Shown here: in pieces, positions 17,827 to 26,695 of the stretch | Position numbering within the stretch: position 1 is the stretch's first letter | How the letters are laid out: the number at the start of each line of letters is the position of its first letter | From: a virus | Length of the DNA stretch: 64,000 bases | IMG/VR virus record: IMGVR_UViG_3300020578_000043 | Span: 14,728-78,727 of that record | Reading direction: 5' to 3' (one strand) | The notes under the pieces: model-generated | Seen by the model: the letters and a program-made list of their open reading frames with translations, nothing else | What the model was told of the DNA's origin: nothing | The model's database searches: none | Made by a program: the position numbers and the translations under genes

Positions 17827-19776
17827 TCACTTGCTGATGCCAGCGAGCTTTGCCCAACGCTCTGCCTCAACTCCCTCTGACAAGGTCTGTGTTGAAGCGG
17901 GGCGAGTTGCCTGTGAAGATGATCCGAACACGCGACCCTCTGTCACAGTCCTACGAGGCTTCACCAATGTCTTGGAGAGGCTCTCGTAAACGAGCTTCGC
18001 TTCGCGAATCGTCTCAGCCGCATCGAGTTGCTCAATTACCTGTGCCTTTTGGCGAGCAGTGAGCGACTCTGTCTGAAGAAGCTTATTCGTGAAGAGGAGC
18101 TTCGCGTTGAGCAGATTCGTTTCTGCCAACTTCTTGCTTAGCGTGTTGTCTGTGCTAGCACCAGGTTTGACGCGGCTATTTGAGCGAGCGTTGACTCCCT
18201 CCTTGAGGGATTGTGAAAGGTTATTGAAGCGAACGACTGAGCGATTGTAACGTTCGGCTGCTTCAGCGTATGCAGCCTTTAATTGAGCCGCACGGGAAGC
18301 TGCTTGTCTTGCTTCAACCAAAGTTGTAGCATCTTTTGTGGCAGCATAAAGCTTCTTTAATTGAGAAGCACGAAGACGTAATGATTCTTGAAGCTTGAGC
18401 TCTTTAGCCATTTGTAGACGAACTGACTCATTGGCAGGTTGTCTTTTCTGGACATTCTTGTCCTTGGTATTGTGCTCGTCGTTGTCTTTTGCTTGACCCA
18501 TAGAAACTATTTCGTCCACATCAACTTCTAATAAGTCGTCTTCATCGAGGCATTGTTTAGCTTCCATCTTCTTTTTAGGTGCTTTAGCAGCAGCGGCTGA
18601 AGTTCCTTCATCACCACCGGCCTTATCTGTCTCATCCGTCATAGTAAGCTCGTCGAGATAAGCTTCAACTTTTGCCATGGCATCAATTTCATCCATGCCA
18701 TACATTTCCTCGTCCATACCGCATGATGCTTCGGTAAGATCCATGTCTAAAGGTTCACCTTCTTCTTCGGCGCCGCCGAAGTCATCGAACTCTTCAGGAC
18801 CAGGACGTTCGCCTACTTCAAGTGCGCCTGATTCTGATTCGTCAGCTTCACGAAGAAGCTTCATGAAAGCGATTTCACGACGAAGCATGTTTTCATCGAT
18901 TTCAACGACGGCATCGTCATCAAGGCCCAGTACTTCAAGAAGACCTTCTTCTTTTTCTGGTTCACCTTCTTCACCTGGAACTGCTCCAGCTTTAGAGGCT
19001 TCTTCTTCGCCTTCTTCGCCTTCATCAGGTTCTTCGCCTTCAGCGCCTTCTTCTTCTTCGCCCTCACCATCGAGGACGAGATCTACTGATGCATCATCAA
19101 GAACTTCTCCTAGGTCAACACCAGGAAGATCCAGTTCGATGGTAACCTTATCTTCATTTAGTCTTCTTTTCATTGTTGTCTCCTGAAGCTTTTCTAGCTT
19201 TTCTAAACATTTTCTAACTTTCAAACCGTATCCTAACCTGGTGGTAGGATCATCAATCTTCTTGTCTATGAACTCATAGATCACGTCGATCATGTCTCCC
19301 AAGTGAGACACATTAGAATCAAACTCTGCTGATTCAGTGATTCGTGAGTCCACCTTCGCCAACGCCTCAACCATTTTTTCGACGTAGCGTAGCTTTTGTT
19401 CCATTTGGCCGGTGGATGACGGCATCTTGGCAGAGACGAGGTTTTTTACGGAAGCATCGAAAGACTCAACCTTCGCTGAAGGTGCTAGTTGAGCAAGGTC
19501 GACGACTAGTTTTTTTGTTGTACGTCTTTTAACTTCTTCGACGTCTTTACCATTGGGTTCAACTATAAGTTTTTCGCCTTTATCACCACAGCGATTGACG
19601 ACTTCTTCTTCTTCCACTTCAAGATCTTCGACCGCTTCTGCCAAAAGTTCTTTTTCAATCAGCTCCCGAATGCGAGGAGCGACCGCCTCGACGACAGCAC
19701 GTTTCGCATTGTCTTCGGCGATTTCCTTGACCTTCTTCAAATCCGCAATTGCTTCTTCATAGAGCTGCTTTGACAT
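17827..19776 (-). CDS. Prohead core / scaffolding protein (gp22-like)
   Basis: Directly upstream of MCP; EAIADLKKVKEIA N-terminus, long acidic region, coiled coil, NLLNAKLLFTNKL...AKLVYESL..WAKLAGI C-terminus; many L/I/V-x-E sites. Confidence 0.75.
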   Translation of the reverse strand: MSKQLYEEAIADLKKVKEIAEDNAKRAVVEAVAPRIRELIEKELLAEAVEDLEVEEEEVVNRCGDKGEKLIVEPNGKDVEEVKRRTTKKLVVDLAQLAPSAKVESFDASVKNLVSAKMPSSTGQMEQKLRYVEKMVEALAKVDSRITESAEFDSNVSHLGDMIDVIYEFIDKKIDDPTTRLGYGLKVRKCLEKLEKLQETTMKRRLNEDKVTIELDLPGVDLGEVLDDASVDLVLDGEGEEEEGAEGEEPDEGEEGEEEASKAGAVPGEEGEPEKEEGLLEVLGLDDDAVVEIDENMLRREIAFMKLLREADESESGALEVGERPGPEEFDDFGGAEEEGEPLDMDLTEASCGMDEEMYGMDEIDAMAKVEAYLDELTMTDETDKAGGDEGTSAAAAKAPKKKMEAKQCLDEDDLLEVDVDEIVSMGQAKDNDEHNTKDKNVQKRQPANESVRLQMAKELKLQESLRLRASQLKKLYAATKDATTLVEARQAASRAAQLKAAYAEAAERYNRSVVRFNNLSQSLKEGVNARSNSRVKPGASTDNTLSKKLAETNLLNAKLLFTNKLLQTESLTARQKAQVIEQLDAAETIREAKLVYESLSKTLVKPRRTVTEGRVFGSSSQATRPASTQTLSEGVEAERWAKLAGISK

Positions 19777-19799
19777 GATCTTTTATTACTCCGTATAAA

Positions 19800-20297
19800 T
19801 CAACCGCCGCTGGAATCAGATGATCCCATCTTTCCTTGGACGCCCAAGACCTGTGCGGCAACTTTCTTAGCATATGCAGCAGGTGACTTGGTGCCTGTGT
19901 TCGGGCCGCCAGGAACGTACGACGGCTTGATGTCGCTTGCGGCAATCTTTGGATCTGAATTCTTGTCAACACCCTCTGTCTTGCCCGGCCCAGGAGACGA
20001 TTGATCGGGAGAAAAAGAGTTTGCAGGATCACCGGCTTGCTTCCAAGCGCCTTCAGCTCCAGCCAAAATGTCAGGAGCATCTGCAAAGTCCAGGTTCACT
20101 CCGTTACCGAAATAAGAATCTCCAACTTGAGATGCCGGCTTTAGGCTTGTGTTACCTGAACTTACGACCGCCGTACGATAACCTACTTCATTACCAACGA
20201 AGGCGCTGGTCGGACCTGCTGGGAACAGTTTACTCAATAAAATGTTCTTTGCATTGCTTTCAGGAGCATAAATTGTGTATTTTCCTTGACCAGACAT
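19800..20297 (-). CDS. Hypothetical head-associated protein (Gly/Pro-rich)
   Basis: 165 aa, GGAGG RBS, in head operon. Confidence 0.55.
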   Translation of the reverse strand: MSGQGKYTIYAPESNAKNILLSKLFPAGPTSAFVGNEVGYRTAVVSSGNTSLKPASQVGDSYFGNGVNLDFADAPDILAGAEGAWKQAGDPANSFSPDQSSPGPGKTEGVDKNSDPKIAASDIKPSYVPGGPNTGTKSPAAYAKKVAAQVLGVQGKMGSSDSSGG

Positions 20298-20339
20298 ATC
20301 ATCCTCCGCTTCTACGAATGAATCTCATACAGCACAGAT

Positions 20340-20690
20340 TCACTTTCCGTGTTTTGCTGCCGCCTTCTTGTCTGCCATCTTCTTTGCAGCAGCCTTCTTG
20401 TTTGCCATCTCCTTGTCTGCCATCTTCTTTGCGGCAGCCTTCTTTGCGGCACTCTTCTTGGCCTCATGGATCTGTGCAAGACGATGGATCAGGCGAGTCT
20501 CCTCGAGGCCTAGGGCCTTGTAGTGATCGATGGGATTTTCAAGAGCATTGTCGGTTCCGAACTCATCAGCATCGAGCTCGTCGGCATCGACGTCTTCGGG
20601 CTGTCTCATGTCGCCGAACAGCTTGGACTCATTGAATCTTGAAAGTTCTTCTGCAATGATCTTCTTTAAAACGGTCGTTGTTAGTTTCAT
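20340..20690 (-). CDS. Putative internal head protein with histone-H1-like Lys/Ala C-terminal tail
   Basis: MKLTTTVLKKIIAEE N-terminus; KKSAAKKAAAKKMADKEMANKKAAAKKMADKKAAAK tail. Confidence 0.6.
   Translation of the reverse strand: MKLTTTVLKKIIAEELSRFNESKLFGDMRQPEDVDADELDADEFGTDNALENPIDHYKALGLEETRLIHRLAQIHEAKKSAAKKAAAKKMADKEMANKKAAAKKMADKKAAAKHGK
20355..20460. repeat. Imperfect 15-nt tandem repeat encoding KKAAA/KKMAD units
   Basis: CTTGTCTGCCATCTTCTTTGC occurs twice (about 20367 and 20412), with related 15-nt units around it. Confidence 0.7.
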
Positions 20691-20745
20691 AATGGCAAAC
20701 CTCGTGCAAATATATATTGTTTAATTATTATAGCTTAGAAAAAAA

Positions 20746-21177
20746 TTAAAATTTCTTTGGCGTTTCCATGAAAGCGAGTTGAGCCCACTTCGAAGAAGCA
20801 TCATCGCCAAACAGATCTTCAGGCGCTGTTGCCGCAACAATGCTTTCTATCGAGCCTGCAGGTGGAGGAGGCTGCTGTCTCGTGTTCTCGTTCATCATTG
20901 ACGGTAACGTGTTCATCGCTGTGTCGGCAAGGATGGACGCCATCACGGGATTTCCTTTAGACTCCCTTTTTATCGTCTCGGCCATCGTTTGTCCGTATTT
21001 CACGTGATCTCCTCGGCGAGGAGTATGAGATTGCTGTTTGATCTGAGGAACCTGCTTCCTGGATCTCATTGCAGCCTCTTGAAGCGGTGTTGCTGATGAA
21101 GACCCTATTCCCTCAGAGAGGATCTCTACAAGGCATTCTTTTACAACGTTTTTTAATTGTTGCTTTGTAATTCCCAT
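20746..21177 (-). CDS. Putative head protein
   Basis: ATG 21177 gives MGITKQQLKNVVKECLVEILSEG; coupled to upstream ORF. Confidence 0.55.
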   Translation of the reverse strand: MGITKQQLKNVVKECLVEILSEGIGSSSATPLQEAAMRSRKQVPQIKQQSHTPRRGDHVKYGQTMAETIKRESKGNPVMASILADTAMNTLPSMMNENTRQQPPPPAGSIESIVAATAPEDLFGDDASSKWAQLAFMETPKKF

Positions 21178-21178
21178 A

Positions 21179-21583
21179 TCAACCAATACCTTCCCAAAAG
21201 GTATCTCCATTTAAAGATCCAGTTAAAACCGGCATCATCGAAGCATCTATTCCTACTAATTCTGCAAATATGCTAACAGGATGAGATTGGCTAGAGTCAG
21301 AACGCAAAAACAAATCTTTTATTCTACAATCAAATTCAAATTGTTCTCCGCCGTCTATTTTAAAATAGTTTGCATTTTCTACACCATTTTTTGTAAAACC
21401 CACACGGACGTGGTCGTTGCTTCCAGTGTAGTGATTCCATACAAAAACGCTTTTAGTAATTTTTTTGAAGCTGTATTGATATGTAACACCTGGTAAAATT
21501 ACTGATGATGTAACCCACGGCAGTCCGGATCCCATGAACTCTGTGACGGAGTTAAACCCACTTCTTGGATCATTCATTCCCAT
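21179..21583 (-). CDS. Hypothetical virion protein
   Basis: 134 aa beta-rich ORF tightly packed after protease. Confidence 0.55.
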   Translation of the reverse strand: MGMNDPRSGFNSVTEFMGSGLPWVTSSVILPGVTYQYSFKKITKSVFVWNHYTGSNDHVRVGFTKNGVENANYFKIDGGEQFEFDCRIKDLFLRSDSSQSHPVSIFAELVGIDASMMPVLTGSLNGDTFWEGIG

Positions 21584-21586
21584 GGT

Positions 21587-22198
21587 TCATTTACCTTTCG
21601 ACGACAATATGTCGTTTATGATTCTATCAATTCTATCTGATTTTGTGAACAGTTTTTGTAATTCTTCTGGATTTATTTGACGACCTTCAGCCATCATAAA
21701 AGCTCCGGGTGTCGAAGGTTCTGAGACAAAGTCCCAGCATATCAGCTGAAAATCATCCTGCACTATCTGATAATCACCTTGCTTCTTGGTCGTTCCGACT
21801 CCACGAGAAGAGATGCCAAGCTTCACGCCTGACTCAACTAGAGACTGAAGGATCTTTCCAGAAGGTGTGTCAAGTATCTCAACAGTTCCATAGACGACGT
21901 CACCATCAACATGAGCCTCACGAACGATGTGAGACACGTTCTTCAAGTTAACGACAGAGGAATCAGGATGATCCAACTCGCCTAGGGCCCTATTCTCAAT
22001 AATGAACTTTTGATAATTTCTAACTTCACGTTCAAGAACGTTACGAGGATAGATTCTTCCATTCTGATTCAAGGTGTCTGATTTTTGCAAGACACCTTTC
22101 ATCATGATCTTTCCGTTGTTGGTCTCGCGCATCTCCTTGATCATGTCAGGAGTGTAATCAAAAACTTGGTAGGAATTTAACAATCTTAAATCAGACAT
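21587..22198 (-). CDS. Prohead core protease (T4 gp21 family)
   Basis: NQNGRIYP, ALGELDHP, VSH, LDTPSGKI, LGISSRGVG, WDFVSEPSTPGA; ATG 22198 after GGAGGAG. Confidence 0.95.
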   Translation of the reverse strand: MSDLRLLNSYQVFDYTPDMIKEMRETNNGKIMMKGVLQKSDTLNQNGRIYPRNVLEREVRNYQKFIIENRALGELDHPDSSVVNLKNVSHIVREAHVDGDVVYGTVEILDTPSGKILQSLVESGVKLGISSRGVGTTKKQGDYQIVQDDFQLICWDFVSEPSTPGAFMMAEGRQINPEELQKLFTKSDRIDRIINDILSSKGK

Positions 22199-23051
22199 TT
22201 TCTCCTCCTGACAGCTCATCAATCAATTTTATGTACAACATATATTCAGCGACGGTGTTATCATCGGGAGCAGATACTTCATTTAAAAGTTGTTCCTTGA
22301 CTTCCGTCAGTTTGTTAGATAGGTATTTTTCTTTGTTGTCGTTGTCATCAACATACTTGTCAATTGCGGTCAACAGATTCTCTCTAATCTCTTTTAGTTT
22401 TAGAAGGACGGTCTTGTTATCATCACCATTTGCGGCAGAAAATGCATATGCTTTGATCAATGACTTCTGTTCAGCCGTCAATGTGCCGTCATACTTTTCG
22501 CTGAGCTTGTTCATCATGATCTTCATCAACAACCTGCTTGAACCCGCTGACGACTCAGCGACAATCTGTTCATTTGGTTCTTGCTTCGCAAAAGTAAGCC
22601 ACTTGACGACCTGATCTTCATACTCAGCCAACCTGGAAAGATCAGGAGAAGAGGATCTCCAATCGTTGATCAAGTTTTGCACAGTGGCAAACGTCCTGTA
22701 CTCTCTTATGTGTTGATCATAAAAATGATCATCATTCAATTGATGATTGATTGATCTTATTAAGAGAGATTTTTCCCTATCTAATTCTGCGGTATCGTGC
22801 GTCCGGGCAGCAGCCTTTGCTTCACCTAAGATTGATGCAGCAACTGCATCAGAACTGACCGTGGTCTTCATGATTGAATTAATCAATCTAAATTCCTTAT
22901 ACAGTTCAGATCCAGGTCTAAAGTGCGCTTTGACGATCTTCAGCGCCTTGGACGATTTCTTCTTATCATCGTCAACAAGAGCCTGTGATATCGTACGAAC
23001 CAAGAACTCGTATAACAATCCTGTGTTTCTTTTCTTATTGTGAGCCGACAT
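22191..23051 (-). CDS. Conserved-type hypothetical protein between portal and protease
   Basis: 286 aa helical ORF starting HNKKRNTGLLYEFLVR; ATATTTA motif upstream. Confidence 0.6.
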   Translation of the reverse strand: MSAHNKKRNTGLLYEFLVRTISQALVDDDKKKSSKALKIVKAHFRPGSELYKEFRLINSIMKTTVSSDAVAASILGEAKAAARTHDTAELDREKSLLIRSINHQLNDDHFYDQHIREYRTFATVQNLINDWRSSSPDLSRLAEYEDQVVKWLTFAKQEPNEQIVAESSAGSSRLLMKIMMNKLSEKYDGTLTAEQKSLIKAYAFSAANGDDNKTVLLKLKEIRENLLTAIDKYVDDNDNKEKYLSNKLTEVKEQLLNEVSAPDDNTVAEYMLYIKLIDELSGGENV

Positions 23052-23141
23052 TTAGGTCAGATCCTTTCAAAAACCAATCTAAATAATCCGGTGATTAACA
23101 ACGGATAGCAAATATGGCATAAATATCGAGAATTTTCTATT

Positions 23142-26100
23142 TTATTCCTCGACATTCAGGTCAATTTCTTCTTGAGCCTCAGTCAACAGACCATCTGTCT
23201 TTTGTTGAGTTTTGCTCATGCCGAGAGACGTAGACATTTTCTTCAATGTAGACACCATATTGGGAGACAACGCTGGAGCAGGCAAATGTGATGAACCTCT
23301 AGACGTTGACTCTGAGAAAGGATCATTTAAGCTCTTAAAGAACGACTTATCATGAGGGTCTTTTAATGATACGTTCTTTGAGCTCAACATGCTTCCAAAG
23401 TCAGGCATGTGTAGAGTTCGACGTTTGCGTTTCCTGTTATACATGTACCTCTTTGCATATGCTCCAGGTTTGACAGGAAGACCATCCTTTTCGTCAAGTT
23501 GGGGGAGCGTCTCATCCTCATCTATGTCACCTGACATCAGAAGTTGAGCATCATCATCAGCATCATCTGCAATGTCATCAGATGCAAATAAGCTCTCACC
23601 TTCTCCGCCTTCTTTTCCTCCTTCTTCACCTTCAGGAGGCTTCTCTTCTGCTTGTGCTTCTTCTGCTCCTCCTGTCGCTGCAGGCATGGCAGCCTCTCCG
23701 GCGGCTGGTGTACCTGCAGCTTGAGCTCCTTCAATCGCGAGATCCATGGACTTTTCTTCGTACCTTTGCTCGTTGATCTCCTCGACTTGGTCATCATTCA
23801 AGCCCCAGATCTCCTTCTGAACGAAGGTTCTGCTGCCCATTCCTTCAGGAAGAGCTCCTGCGATCTCAAACTTGGCCTTCCAAAGTTCCAGCTTCTGTGA
23901 TTGAGCGATCGTAGACGGATTAGAGAGTCGCAGAGTAAAGTTTTGAAGTTCTTCTCCGTCGTATCCATTTGAGTATAGATGAATTATCGCAAGCTTATTA
24001 AGCTCAGATATCAACGTCTTTTGAATGACGCTGATCGTTCTAGAGAACCTGATGTCTTCTTGCGCTAGAGTCGCCTTGGAAGACAACATTTCATCATATC
24101 CTAGGTAAGCTCGTGGCACCTTTAACGCAGCAAACAACTTTTTCTGCATGTACTGCACGTCTTCTACTGAGGCTGCATTCTGTCCACCTGACAGAGTGTC
24201 GATCTTAGTTCCAGATTCTCCGCCTCTGACTGCGATGAAGTAATCGTCCTCAACGCTCAATGGAGAATACCTTAGATCGACTCTGCCTGTGTTGCGATCG
24301 ATGACTTGATTCGTGCGAAGATTCTTACGTTGTTCCTCGACGTACATCGGTACGTTTTCAGGAGGAATGTTTGCAACATCGATGTAAAACACACGGCGTT
24401 CGGGCGCGCGGACGAGGCGATACACCAACATCGCATCTTCCAAAAGAATCAATTGTCTCCATATACGGCGAGCAGGTTCTATCAGAGAAGAACCGTATGG
24501 CAAGAACATATCATTTCCTAAGAGACGAAAGTGCGTTACCTCCCAATTCTCTAAAGTTCTATTTCCTAACGTGGACCACCGATATCGAACTGCAAACGGA
24601 TCTTCTCTATCGTAGTTCTCTTCGCGCTCGATCTCATTGACTGGTATTGGAAACGCATGAACTACGCCTTGTGTGGGAGAAACATCGTTATATAAAAAGA
24701 AATCACCATACTTGACGAGGTTTCTTGCCCACGACCTAAGGTTAAATTCTACGTTAAGGATGTTGTAGAACAAATCTTCAAGTATGTCTCTTGTCTTTTC
24801 ATCATCTGAATAAATGTGAAGAATTCGACCTTTATCATCCTGAGCAACAGTTTCATCAGCATAAATGTCCATTGCAGCTGCAATTTCGGCAGTGTTATGG
24901 GATATCACTGAATCTGTTGCAAAATTTTTATAACCGTCAACTGTCAGGTCGTACAAGGGAATGATTTCACCCGGCTCTATGGAAACAACCTTCATGTTTT
25001 CATAAGAACTTGAAAAATCAGTATAGTTTTTGTATCCAGCTTGCTTTATTCTCTTGTCTAAGATCGTCGCTGTGGTAGAAACTTCTTCTGCTAACTTCGC
25101 CTTTGACATGCCTTTAGAGAATTTTGAGCATATCAAATCAAAAGTTACCCCGTGCTCATAACGAGGATTTTTTTCACCTCTGTTATCCCAAGCATGGTTT
25201 CTCCAATCTGGATTATAGGCCTTTGCAAACGTCTCAAAGTTTTGATAACCATGCCTGCGCAATCTTCTTTTAATTACGTTAGGATCTGTACCAAAAACTT
25301 CACACACCCTGTAAAGATTAAAGTCGACACTTTCACTTATTTCAAGTATCCTACCGAAAGTTATGTCTCTTCTTTCAGCAGGATTGTTCTCAGTCATAAA
25401 CCTTGAATGATTGACCTTAAACTGCTCAATCCACCCTGAATTTTGCTCTGACCATTTCACTCCGTTGATAATCTTTGAGTGAAGATTTCGATGCTCTAGA
25501 TCAGTCATAACCCGAAGGTTCTCTAATCGATTATCATTTTTTTTGAAGTTGACGTGGTGCACTACTTCATTTTCTTCAAGCGAGGATCCTTTTAGCATTT
25601 CACCGAGTATTCGGTGTTCTGCAACCCATCCGTTCATCTTGGATCTACGGTCCATTGAATAGATCCAACGATATCCTTCACCTTCTTCTTTACACCCATT
25701 GAACAAGTCCCTTCTGTAAAAGGGCATCATTGCGTCGCCGGGTTTGAGGTTTTCAATCATGCAATAAATGCCGTCTCGTTTCATGAGACGATGATTCGAA
25801 GATCCGGTGATTTTTTGACCGTTATCAAAAGTAACAACGTATGATTGATCAACCGTCGTTTGCCTAGCCTGCTTTGCCAGTGCTGGAACTATTCTTCCTA
25901 AATTATGATCATAAGAATAGACCACAAATTTATAGTCAGGGTTCTTAGAACATTCTTCTGAAAGTTCTTTAATCGTTCTATAGCCTCCAGGAACGGCTAT
26001 TAACGTATCTCCGTGTAGGCAGTATTCCATTTCCTGGAAATCTTGATACCTCATCAAACGTTCTGAGAGGTTGTAAGAGTTTGCAGTTATTACAGAATAT

Positions 26101-26264
26101 GACGGCGACGTAGAGCGCTGAAATAGCAATGCACCAGAAGATTTCACCTTGTCAGCGATTGCTATTGTAGTATCAACTCTTTTTATCTTACGCTTCACCA
26201 CAGGGCCGCTTTTAAACAGCCTTGTTAAACGTTGAAACAAGTTTTTATTATCGTTCTTTGCCAC
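23142..26264 (-). CDS. Portal vertex protein (T4 gp20 family), intein-containing
   Basis: EDAMLVYRLVRAPERRVFYIDV, EDDYFIAVRG..GTKIDTLSGGQN, DVQYMQKKLFAALKVP motifs. Confidence 0.95.
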   Translation of the reverse strand: MAKNDNKNLFQRLTRLFKSGPVVKRKIKRVDTTIAIADKVKSSGALLFQRSTSPSYSVITANSYNLSERLMRYQDFQEMEYCLHGDTLIAVPGGYRTIKELSEECSKNPDYKFVVYSYDHNLGRIVPALAKQARQTTVDQSYVVTFDNGQKITGSSNHRLMKRDGIYCMIENLKPGDAMMPFYRRDLFNGCKEEGEGYRWIYSMDRRSKMNGWVAEHRILGEMLKGSSLEENEVVHHVNFKKNDNRLENLRVMTDLEHRNLHSKIINGVKWSEQNSGWIEQFKVNHSRFMTENNPAERRDITFGRILEISESVDFNLYRVCEVFGTDPNVIKRRLRRHGYQNFETFAKAYNPDWRNHAWDNRGEKNPRYEHGVTFDLICSKFSKGMSKAKLAEEVSTTATILDKRIKQAGYKNYTDFSSSYENMKVVSIEPGEIIPLYDLTVDGYKNFATDSVISHNTAEIAAAMDIYADETVAQDDKGRILHIYSDDEKTRDILEDLFYNILNVEFNLRSWARNLVKYGDFFLYNDVSPTQGVVHAFPIPVNEIEREENYDREDPFAVRYRWSTLGNRTLENWEVTHFRLLGNDMFLPYGSSLIEPARRIWRQLILLEDAMLVYRLVRAPERRVFYIDVANIPPENVPMYVEEQRKNLRTNQVIDRNTGRVDLRYSPLSVEDDYFIAVRGGESGTKIDTLSGGQNAASVEDVQYMQKKLFAALKVPRAYLGYDEMLSSKATLAQEDIRFSRTISVIQKTLISELNKLAIIHLYSNGYDGEELQNFTLRLSNPSTIAQSQKLELWKAKFEIAGALPEGMGSRTFVQKEIWGLNDDQVEEINEQRYEEKSMDLAIEGAQAAGTPAAGEAAMPAATGGAEEAQAEEKPPEGEEGGKEGGEGESLFASDDIADDADDDAQLLMSGDIDEDETLPQLDEKDGLPVKPGAYAKRYMYNRKRKRRTLHMPDFGSMLSSKNVSLKDPHDKSFFKSLNDPFSESTSRGSSHLPAPALSPNMVSTLKKMSTSLGMSKTQQKTDGLLTEAQEEIDLNVEE
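24894..26021 (-). mobile_element. Intein (376 aa) with HNH homing endonuclease inside portal
   Basis: Block A Y|CLHGDTLI, block B ITGSSNHRLM, block F/G LYDLTVDGYKNF...SHN|T; internal EHR...VVHHVNFKKNDNRLENL HNH motif. Confidence 0.93.
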
Positions 26265-26314
26265 AGGACGCTTTCAGGATTAAACAGATAATATAACGTT
26301 AAGAAGACAATTGA

Positions 26315-26665
26315 TTAAGCTCTGCCAATTTCTTCTTCATCTTCTTCAGAATCTACGTCCATATCCATGTCCATTTCATCCTCATCAGAAGATTCAAACT
26401 CTTCAGATTCTTCATCTTCTGCACGAGAGACGTAGTTCAACGGCTCACGAAGCATGTTTTCAAGCATGCTTTGAACTTGTTGAAGATGAGGAGACAGTGC
26501 ATTTAATGCAGCAGGAGGAGCTTCCTTTTCAAATGCGTTGATTTCCTCGTATAGATCGACGACAAGAACGTATAGGCTCTTTGCCTCGGCCGTGTTGAGA
26601 GACTCGTAGATGACTTGCGCATTCTTGTTGATGCTTTCCTGCAACTTCTTAAGATCGATTTTCAT
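26315..26665 (-). CDS. Hypothetical acidic protein between terminase and portal
   Basis: MKIDLKKLQESI...YES N-terminus, Asp/Glu-rich tail; GAGG RBS. Confidence 0.55.
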   Translation of the reverse strand: MKIDLKKLQESINKNAQVIYESLNTAEAKSLYVLVVDLYEEINAFEKEAPPAALNALSPHLQQVQSMLENMLREPLNYVSRAEDEESEEFESSDEDEMDMDMDVDSEEDEEEIGRA

Positions 26666-26695
26666 GTCCTTTTACCTCTGCGTATATCTATACAC

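Noticed and set aside
15813-20635. Long antisense or alternative-frame ORFs (188, 278, 169, 232 aa) over capsid/scaffold genes
   Set aside because: Expected by-product of biased GC-rich codon usage; low-complexity products with no RBS or motifs
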